64,000 nucleotides of DNA from Magallana gigas (Eukaryota), in the NCBI RefSeq assembly GCF_963853765.1, contig NC_088854.1:9176001-9240000 (forward strand), read 5' to 3'. The notes beneath the pieces were generated by a model. That model ran no database searches and was not told the origin of the DNA. It saw only the letters and a program-made list of their open reading frames with translations. Each line of letters begins with the position of its first letter. Position 1 is the first letter of the stretch. Both the position numbers and the translations under genes were made by a program. This document shows, in pieces, positions 26,300 through 35,988 of the stretch.

Positions 26300-27457
26300 A
26301 AGGAAATGTACAATATTAATGTTCATATAAAGTTTTGGAATGAATGTATGGAAATAAGCTTGATATTTTCTAACTGATATTGTCGTGTTATTTTTGTAAC
26401 TTTGTTTTTGCTTTTTTGATGATGAATTGTTTTTGATTTATGGAGACTTGAAGAAAATTATGTACTACAAAAGCAGATGTTCCATCACTATTTTACTGTT
26501 TTCTACTGAAATGATCAAATTTAAGATAGAAATATGATGCTTACATTAACAAGTATTTATAAGAATAGATATGATGATTGTGTAAGTGCAATGTTTTTTT
26601 TACTCTGATTTGTTTGTAAGTCACACAAGTTAAAGATTCTCAGTTAATGCCGAACTCCTGTGATTTTTAATGAATAATTGTGATTGCAATATGTTCACTT
26701 CTTGATTTCTCTCATGTAAGTTTTTCTTTTATTTTTGACATAATGTAGTTTATTTCACATACATTGTATTACCATGCAATAATGAAAGGTAGTGCATATG
26801 CTGTACACTTTGATATGAAATTACTTTATTTTTTTATCTGTCAGAAAACACAAACTATACATACCGGATGTATATAATTGAGTTAACCTTTATACATTTT
26901 TTTTTACTGAAACTCAACTTATCTATTTTTAATAATTTTTTGTTTTATTGTGCCATAGACAGTTTGAATGGTACCATGTTGATTATATTATAATATAATA
27001 ATATGCAAACAAACAAAAAGTCAGTGATACAAGTATACACATTACATTTTATTAAATGGCTATACAAATATATTTTCAAGACTTAAAAATGTTCCAAGCC
27101 TAGCGGTGAACCTAGATTTAACCTCAGGGCTGCATATTTTCACCTGTGTCTGTTATTTATTAATAATTAATTAATCTAAATATCAACAGTATTTTTAAAT
27201 GTGATCTTGGCCCAGCGGTAAACTTAGACTGCATATAATTAATTAATCTGAATATCAACAGTTTTTAAACATGTGAAATCCTAGATATGATTATACATAT
27301 GTCAAGTATTTGTTATTCTATTTAAACAAATTTAAGTTTGTTAAAATTGATGATATAAAGAATTATGAATGCCTTTATTGGCATTGCCTGCACCACTTAG
27401 TTAGTGTTCAAACTTACCAAAAACTGTGTACATTTATTTTAACACTACATATTTACC

Positions 27458-27543
27458 AACATGGGTAAAACTAATTATTGATATTCTTTTATATTATAGT
27501 AACATGGGTAAAACTAATTATTGATATTCTTTTATATTATAGT
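27458..27543. repeat. perfect 43-bp tandem duplication
   Basis: AACATGGGTAAAACTAATTATTGATATTCTTTTATATTATAGT x2. A separate 15-bp duplication AGAGCAGGAATTCAC x2 lies near 27657-27687. Confidence 0.95.
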
Positions 27544-28219
27544 ATTAAACTATTTGTTCATTTTCAGTCATCCATGTTTAGTAGGTTATTGTGGAATTTT
27601 ATCAGTTTTGCATAGCTGATATTGATTATTTAGTCATTGAATCAATATTGTTAAATAGAGCAGGAATTCACAGAGCAGGAATTCACAGAGTACTGTCTAG
27701 ATTTGGGTATTTGTTGCAATAACTGACTGAACTCAACTAATCCAGGGTAGCACTAAAGTACTTACTCTGATTATACCTAAAACAATGACTTGTTTTTGTA
27801 TGTTTGTTTTTTGTCATTGGCATAATGGCAGGATTATCTTAAGTAAAGATATTCTATCCATTGCATTGTCATTAACCTCAATGTAAACAAGTTCATTTAT
27901 TTTTAGAATCTTTATTTGTACTTTATGTTGTTGTCTTTGTTTGTTTGTTATTTTTTGATTTTACATTCCATATATATACAATTTTAAAATTAAACCAATC
28001 AATGTACTTTAGTGTATTGAAGAGTGTGAATAGTGTTTTTAGTTTTTGTGTTGAATTTTTGTTTGTTTGAGTGCTTATTTAAGCATGCATGTTCTTTTAA
28101 TTCTGCAAGTTAACTTGTGTATTTGTGCCTCTTTTCATTGTAACCATTCTAGAAGAATATTTATCTTTTAGACCAGTGGTTAATAAGACAAAGATTATCT
28201 GTTGATGAGACAAGGATTA

Positions 28220-28383
28220 TACAGTAAAACTTTGTTATTTCAAACTAGATGGCACTGTTTAAAAACTTCGAGATATCCGAGTATTCTAGACACCAAGGAT
28301 AAAATACTTAAAAAATAAGTGGTTGTGACTTACAAATCACTTTGACATATCCATTGTGTTTGAGATATCAAAGTTCAATTGTA
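28220..28383 (+). mobile_element. MITE with TA-CAG...TG-TA termini
   Basis: TACAGTAAAAC...AATTGTA; homologous to 24505-24780. Confidence 0.65.
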
Positions 28384-29008
28384 TCTGTTGATTTGACAAA
28401 GATTATATCTGTTGATGTTACAAAGATTATCTGTTGCTACAAGTCCACATGTTTTTCCAGGATATCTGTGATATGATTCAATAATAAATTCTAGAAGTAA
28501 TGAGGAGTTCTGTTTTCTTATTGTGATAAAAATATCATTTCCAACTATACGCTTATATAAAACAAAACCATAAAAAGGCGATGAAGAAATTATGACATAT
28601 TTTAATCAGTGTTTGCAGCCCTGTATCTGGAGGGACAAATAGCTAACTTCTAAAGGGGATAAAGAAAACAAAACAGTGGAACAGGTGCATGCGTAATGCA
28701 ATACAATTAATGTTCGTAGAAATAAGACCAACATCTTACATGTTTTTTTGACTTTATTAATACATTTAAGATATTTGAGAATCAGATTGATGCATACCAA
28801 GGAACAATTAGTTATGTACTTGCGTAAAAGTTTTGTTAGACTGAAGAGAAACGTATATAACCCAACATCTAATATTTGGGAAAAGGAATCGTTATAAGTG
28901 AACAAAGTCAAGAACTCCGAAAAAATTGTTCAGTTGTTTAATCTGATGACGAAATCTGTAACATATGATTCACTACTATCGCTTGTAGATGTTGAAGGTA
29001 TACATGTA

Positions 29009-31245
29009 TTAATTGTCACATCGACATTTCTGGTTGATACACTTCCATTCTGTGGTGCAGGTATAGGAATGGCGGTCACAGTCTCCTTTATCCAAACAAT
29101 CTACAACAAATCAAGGCTATTGTAAAGGAATCCGGATAAAATATACAGAATCATCGCTACTTGAGCAACCGAGCACAGCGATGAATGTATACTTGATTGA
29201 TTGCATGTTGTGCTACGTTCCTTTCGAGTACATTGTTTTCAAATTCAGACGTCAGTTCCGGTGGCGCTCCAGGTATGTAATGGTTTTTATCGTGCCAGAA
29301 CCTCTGATAAGGTAAATGACTTATGGAGGGTAGACACCTAGTTATAGAAATCCAAATTTAGCCTAATATATGTATTTCGTCCATAACCGCAAAAGGCATC
29401 GTCGCAAACCATGGCCGATATGTACGATCCTCTCCCATCTGAGAGAGCGATACGGACCCCGAACCATGGCTTAAGACGATGCTCAGTTATAATTTGGGGT
29501 CTTTAGTTACAGAGAAAATCCACTTGACTAGCAATGAAAATGAAAACTTTTGTACTCAGATGAAGAGACACGTAGCATCGTCTTTGAAAGTAGGGGGGGG
29601 GGGAGTGGCACACTCAACCAAAAACTCTTGACAAGCATGAAAAAGCCTCTTCCCAAAATCCTCGAAAATCCGAAGGGGGGGGGGGTATAACGCAAACTTC
29701 TATATTACTGTTTATTTCCTTATATATTTTCAATTCAATTTTTTACATGGCCCCATAAATAAAGGAGGGGGGGGGGCAACTTCATGTTCATTCATTTCTT
29801 TATATGTAAATTTAAGAAAAAATCTTTCCTGCGCCAACAAGTTGGCGGGGGGGGGGGGGGGGGAGAGGCTGTGTGTTTGCCCCCCCCCCCCCCCCCCACC
29901 TCCTCATGCTACGTGCCTGATGTATAATCCTGATCACATGTGTATGCACTTTTAATTCTTGCTGACAAAGCCTGTTCTAGAACTTTGACTATTATTACTT
30001 AATCATGAAGCGTCAGGTCCAGATATCAATGTAGTCAAGTAGATATGTTGTAATATTGCTCCGTTTTTGGCGCACATGATCCAACTTTAGACAAAATTAA
30101 ACACCTGTGTTCTAAAAAGGGACATCTATTCTAGTAATAAGCCCGTCCTTTGGTATTTTCTCAGACAAAACTGTGGGATACTCATACAACTGCCTTTGGA
30201 GACATGCACTAAAAATAGTTTCCCGGAAATATGTTACCCAAAAAGGCAAACGTTTAAGACTAAACGAACCTTTAAAAAATGAAAAAAAGTATTACATTGT
30301 TTGATCTTGTAATACTAGACAATGTTTAATAGTTACAATAAGGTTTGATATATTCTTCAATTCCAAAGTATAGAATATTTCCATTGATAAGGCCAAAGAG
30401 AACATTGTCGATGGACTGACTGCCTTAATGCACGAGTGTTTATATCACATCGAAACCGATGGATTTGGATTTTAACATTGTCGACATTGTATTTTGCATA
30501 ATTTAATTGGTTATGGGCTCTAGATAAATAAGACATGATGAGAATGGTGGATTTGGAAACATCTATTATATTTTGTAAAATACTACTGCTGGCCGCGCCC
30601 TGAGGCCACGACTTCACAGTTTTAGACCCCTGGGTGAGGGTCACGAGGATGTCAATTTCGGTTTCCTTCTTCCAACATACAACATTTTGTCCCGATTTAA
30701 TTGCTATGTAGTATTCAAAAAGAAAATTTTCAAAAGTTACACAAACAACATAGACAATGTAATTTACTCACGAATATCGTAGGGTGGGAGCGAGCAGGTA
30801 CAGATGCCGTGGACACACTCCAGGTTGGTGTGGTGGTTACAGACCGTGTCTATACAGCCACCGACCACCGTACAGTCCTCGGCCCTCGGCGCACCTGTCA
30901 ATCATAAAACGGCGCGGTACGTAAAATATCTGCAGTTTTGTTCGGAAATAGATCTATTTCATTATTTCTTCTTATGTGGAAAGGTGTGTTGTAATAGTTT
31001 ACACGACGTCAATTTTACAAAAAGCCAACAAAACAATACCAATCTTTCGTTACAGTTTCAAATAACATATAATGTACCCCCCCCCCCCCCCCCCAAAAAA
31101 AAAACAAAAAACAACAACCCGTAAAAACCGCGAACTATACAAAGATGAAAAAGATATAATCAAGTAATTAAAATTTACAAACGAATCAGAATACTTTACC
31201 AATTAATGCAGCAACGACAAAAGTACACAAAAGGATAGTCTTCAT
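29009..31245 (-). CDS. cvSI-2-like secreted 12-Cys protease inhibitor A, 86 aa
   Basis: Exons 31245-31200, 30894-30772 and 29100-29009, phases 1 and 1. Protein MKTILLCTFVVAALIGAPRAEDCTVVGGCIDTVCNHHTNLECVHGICTCSLPPYDIHCLDKGDCDRHSYTCTTEWKCINQKCRCDN. The family name rests on size, the 12-Cys spacing and recall of oyster cvSI-2. Confidence 0.82.
29569..29915. mobile_element. poly-G/poly-C-rich MITE
   Basis: TIR CACGTAGCAT / ATGCTACGTG enclosing several G9-G17 runs and one long C run. Confidence 0.7.
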
Positions 31246-31544
31246 TTTCCTGGAGAGAATTCTGAAAAAAGTAATTGTTAAACAATTGATCTTGATATTT
31301 TTTTTACATGACATCAATTCAAAATTCAAAAATAGATAAGGGAGCACTAAGAACCATCGATTACGTACCGTCTGTGTGGTGTCCCAAAAAGTACTGCTTC
31401 AGAACTGGAGCAATGACCAGGGATTAATTGGTTTCTAGGTAGGACGGTGGTCTGACTGGGAGAAAGGTCGAGTTAACTTGATAAGGGGATACCATTCCGT
31501 GCTTTTCAGTATTTGAACTTTTGCTTTACCTAGTTACGCCGGCC

Positions 31545-31828
31545 ATGGGAATGTTGAAAGCTATTCTTTTTGTCTCACTTTTCGGTATGTATACTATTAT
31601 TTTCAGTCATATTCCATGTCCATTGTTACTGTTAGTGAAACTTTTGGAAATGAGTGTCTTCTTTTGAAACTATACGCTCTTGATGATATAGATAATCTTA
31701 CTTATAATTAAACCAGCTTTTCGTTGACCGAATGATATTATTAAGTAGCAACATAACTGAAGGTAGCTCATCACACCCATTTATTACTATATTGAATCTT
31801 GATGAATACTAGTATATGTTGTTTTTAC

Positions 31829-31889
<61 letters not shown>

Positions 31890-33547
31890 ACGTGTATGGA
31901 CATTATTTATTTTGTGTAGGTCTCTTTGCGGGAGAATCTTGTGTCAGCAAGTATGACTGCATTGATGTTGGATGTGTCCATCACACAACGGTGACGTGTG
32001 ATAACAACCTGTGCACCTGTACACCGATAACCGATGTTTACAGTAAGTATGCAGCTTCAGATATGGTCGAGTTCACAGTGAATATACAGCATCAGATATG
32101 GCCGAGTTTACAGTGAATAAATATCATCAGATATGATCGAGTTTACAGTAAGTATACAGCATCAGATATGGTCGGTGTGTACAGTAAGTATACAGTATCA
32201 GATATGGCCGAGTTTACAGTAAGTATACAGGATAAGACACCGGTATTACCAATATATATAAATGATATACAGCATCAGATATATAAAATATTTACTTGTT
32301 TACCAATACCTGGGTGTGTCAATCAAACTACAGTGACTTGTAATACCAATCTGTGTATCTATTCACCGATAACCGATATTTACAGTGAGTATACAAGCTC
32401 AGATAAGTGTATTTGTATACCAGAGACCAAAATGTTTACTAAATCATTGACAGTATGCAAGCAACAGATAATTGTATGTTTATTCAAATAATAAGTGAAT
32501 ATAAAACATGTATACATATATGTAAATGGTTACATTGTGTATACACCAATAGATAAGCATGTAAAACATGTATGCCAATAATTCATGTTTACAGATATGT
32601 GTACCATGCAGATATGCGTATATTTACATGTTCACTGATTACAATGAATTGACCGCTATGTACATATATATTTATTTATAACTACACTGATAATTGTTGT
32701 TTACGGTGTATACAGCAACAGCTGTGTATATATTTACATGTAAACTGAAAATCCTAGTTAACAGTGAGTATACAACTACAACTACAATAATAGCCGGTGT
32801 ATATACAGCGACATCTTTATTGCTTAAAACACTAGTAACTGAAGTTTACTGTGAGTTTACAGCAATGAAATAACAAATGTATTTACATGTACATGTACGC
32901 CAAAACCCAATGTGTACTGTCATAATTCAGCAGTGAAAATATCTACGTTATACCAATGTTTACGGAATAAACTGGATGAACTTATATTTTCACCTGCATA
33001 CTATTTACGTTTACAGCACGTATACAACAAAGTACATATTTATTGTTTTATTAATTACTTATGGTATCACTTTTGTATAGGGGTTTTCACATAGTAATTT
33101 TACAGCAAACTATCCACAAATCTACACACCAAAAACATGATAGAGGTTTCCCACTGAAATATAGTATACAGCGACTGTGCCTTCAGCCCTTTGTGTATAC
33201 TAGTATATCAAATTGATGTTTTAGGTCTTAAAATGAATGTCTTCTAGATTTTGTTGCTCAGCCTACATGTAGATAAAAGGCTAAAGGCAAAGTTTTTATT
33301 GTAATAGAATAAAATATATTTGGGCCAATTTTGGATGGATTGTCAATTTTGTGAAGGTTCGCGGGGATGGATACAGAAATAAAGTATTTGCGTAAATACA
33401 TACAATTTGACTTAAAAGTTCTATGTAAATCTTAACAAAGTACCCTCTTATATTTTAGGATGCCTGACCCCATCTGATTGTAAAAGGCACATCCACGTGT
33501 GTTCTACTGCGTGGGAATGCATACAGCAGCAATGCCGCTGTAAATGA
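31545..33547 (+). CDS. cvSI-2-like secreted 12-Cys protease inhibitor B, 83 aa
   Basis: Exons 31545-31584, 31920-32042 and 33459-33547, phases 1 and 1; exon 2 is 123 nt as in paralog A. Protein MGMLKAILFVSLFGLFAGESCVSKYDCIDVGCVHHTTVTCDNNLCTCTPITDVYRCLTPSDCKRHIHVCSTAWECIQQQCRCK. Confidence 0.82.
31830..31886. repeat. (CT)n microsatellite
   Basis: Uninterrupted CT run just upstream of the exon 2 acceptor. Confidence 0.98.
32030..32230 (+). repeat. 35-bp minisatellite containing the exon-2 splice donor
   Basis: Six units with ACA|GT(A/G)A at GT positions 32043, 32078, 32113, 32148, 32184 and 32219. Confidence 0.92.
32291..32384 (+). pseudogene. degenerate duplicate of inhibitor-B exon 2
   Basis: FTCLPIPGCVNQTTVTCNTNLCIYSPITDIY versus YDCIDVGCVHHTTVTCDNNLCTCTPITDVY. 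Donor GTGAGT at 32385. No phase-compatible acceptor found. Confidence 0.75.
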
Positions 33548-34156
33548 GTGTGTCTGTCTGTGACTGTAAATCCTGTATATCCTGTAATGTTTTCACCTTG
33601 AATTGCTCATTAAACAAAATAAATTTTTGAGACCTGACATTTCAACACTTTGTTAAAAAAGTAAAATTGCTATATACATGTAGATGCTTCATTATGAGGA
33701 TCTACTCAACAACGTCTTGATTAGACCAAAAAAGAAGTGAATTTAAATGGAAGTAAAACATCGCAAACACCTTTATAAAGCAAATACGATGAATAAGTCA
33801 AAAATAATACAATGGAGTTCTTCTAGTGCACTGTGATTTACATAAAGCTCCTTTATATAAAAAAATTAATACTAGTATCATTCTTAAAAATGGAGACGCA
33901 TGATAATGGCCATATTCAGATTATCATCGTATCGCATTGTTTATCAATCACCTGCAGTCTAAAGCGCAGGTATAAACATTACATAAAAATTAAACAGTAA
34001 AATAGTATAGCTCTGAGATAATGCAGTGATTTCTGTCACGTCAGCAATCTCTTATCTTAGCCTTTATCAAACATCACCATTCTGGTGTGCGTAAAATATC
34101 CATAATAATCACTTGATTTTAAAAATAAGATAAAGGGGTGATACAATAAATTATTT

Positions 34157-34306
34157 AAACAATAAAATGCTCTCTTTGGTGATTTATACAGGATATGAAG
34201 AAGGCGAAATTTCGTTAGCGGGTTATGTAATTTTTTTTGATTTTTTTTGCAATGATCGCTCCCTTCCTAACCTGCATGAACCACCAAAGAAAGCATTTTA
34301 TTGTTT
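34157..34306. repeat. degenerate foldback element
   Basis: Arms AAACAATAAAATGCTCTCTTTGGTG / CACCAAAGAAAGCATTTTATTGTTT. Confidence 0.65.
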
Positions 34307-34611
34307 ATATATTTACATCTTTCTTTTAACAAATTAACAAGCTGATCGTAAAAATTACGAAAATTAATTAAATTATGATTAACGTACATTATATCACATT
34401 AAAAAAACAGCCAAATCATCACCTATGTAAATTTAAGTCTGACATCATCATGATTATTTCGTGCAGTCCGTAATTATTTTTTTTGTGGCTGTAGGTTTCG
34501 ACCAATTGATAAACGGGGCGTGTAGATTTCAGTCATGTCAGTTTCTATTGTACGGTGTCCGGATAGGGCCATTTGCGTTAGCGCTACATCGCGTTTAGAA
34601 AAACGCGCCGC

Positions 34612-34806
34612 CGTGCTAACACAACTTTGCACAACGCGCCTTCCCGCTAAAACACAACACACCGTCGCGCTAACACAACACGGCGTTGCGCTAATTAACA
34701 CAGCACGCTGTCGAGCTAATCGAAAACATGCAGTTCGCTAACACACAGCATGTCGTCGCTATACACAACTTTGCACAACACGCAGTCGCGCTAACGCAAC
34801 TTTGCA
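34612..34806. repeat. GC-rich ~23-bp degenerate minisatellite (GCGCTAACACAAC core)
   Basis: About 8 units of (G)CGCTAACACAAC...; explains the spurious ORFs at 34474-34741. Confidence 0.8.
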
Positions 34807-35354
34807 GGTTTCACAGTTTATAGTAGGAAGTCGTGCCCGAAAACAACAGACTGCGCATTATGAAATATGTAAGCCTGCATGCAAGCATCGGTAAAATTCT
34901 AAAGAGCTATGAATTAACAATAAGTTTCCGTAGAAAATAGAGGGAATAATACCCGGCAGATGTAAATATTTTGGAATGATATGTTATAGTGACATGGTGT
35001 CAGAGTTTTGAGACGGTTTATAGAATTCCGCAATGTTACGTTCCATTCATATCAAAATCTTCAATAAATATGAATGATAGTTTTAATACACCTGTAAATT
35101 CTTCCTTTATTTTTTAAAGAATTCGTGATTTAGTAAATCCTATTTTAAAAAGTATCCTATCTGTGCCTGAGAGGCAACATTTTCATAAATTATGTAATAG
35201 CAATATCGAAAAAAAAAATATCATAAACGATCCCCGAGTCATGTGGCGGCCTAATATATTTTGCCTCAAAGGAAGAACAAATTAATATGCGCATTACATG
35301 TTAGAGTGTCGATGCACATAGCAACACAATAATGTCTTTAATTTTCCCCTCCAA

Positions 35355-35433
35355 TATATAAACTGCTCCGAGGTAGAGGGGCCCTCTACCCTCGCCTAAC
35401 CTCGACGGTCTAGACGTGCCTAACTTATCAAAG
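35355..35433 (+). promoter_or_regulatory. TATA box and non-coding first exon of the MCO-like gene
   Basis: TATATAAA at 35355-35362, donor AAAG|GTAAGG at 35434, and acceptor TTTAATAG immediately before ATG 35989. A GC hairpin (CGAGGTAGAGGG/CCCTCTACCCTCG) lies at the presumed start. Confidence 0.6.
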
Positions 35434-35988
35434 GTAAGGCGCATCTCACTATCTCATCAAATTGATTTGTTATAAAGACATTGATGAAGGACAAATAGAA
35501 AAAGCGTCAGGAAATAATTTAAGAAAATCTTCATCTCATTCGCCGATAAAAGCGGTGTTAAATTAATTGTATTGTAATGATGGTTGGCTTATTATTGCAA
35601 AAAGCAAATTATTGTTATCTGTGGAATCAGCATATTAAGGAAAATACATGAAAAAATACATGAAAATATCAGAAAAAAATTGATACTCTTTCCTCGTATT
35701 TCTTTAAGAAGGCGTATAATTTTTCTGATAAGTTTAAAGAAAATGGAGATCATAAACAATAAAAAGTAATAAATTATTATCCATTGAGATGTTGATGCAA
35801 ACTAAAGACCAAAGATATTATTCGTGTTATAAGAGATAGAAATATTTGCGTGGAATCAAACATACTTTAAACATTTTAAAGGTATATTGCGTATCAGTTA
35901 TAGCTATAGGAGGTTATGCTCCAAAACTAAACCCCTTGTAAAGGCACATTTCTGGCATCGGAACTGAATTAGCCTTATTTTTTAATAG

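Noticed and set aside
29569-29915. G-quadruplex-forming cluster as a dedicated regulatory element
   Set aside because: The G runs are internal to a MITE and their lengths are error-prone in assemblies; there is no evidence of function.
30357-30700. Candidate third exon of inhibitor A, including an in-frame TGA that might suggest selenocysteine
   Set aside because: It lacks the Cys pattern; the true phase-compatible six-Cys exon is at 29100-29009.
32030-32230. Regularly spaced direct repeats resembling a CRISPR array
   Set aside because: Units are contiguous with no unique spacers, the context is a eukaryotic intron, and there are no cas genes.
34474-34741. Overlapping ORFs on both strands
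   Set aside because: Arise from the GC-rich minisatellite.
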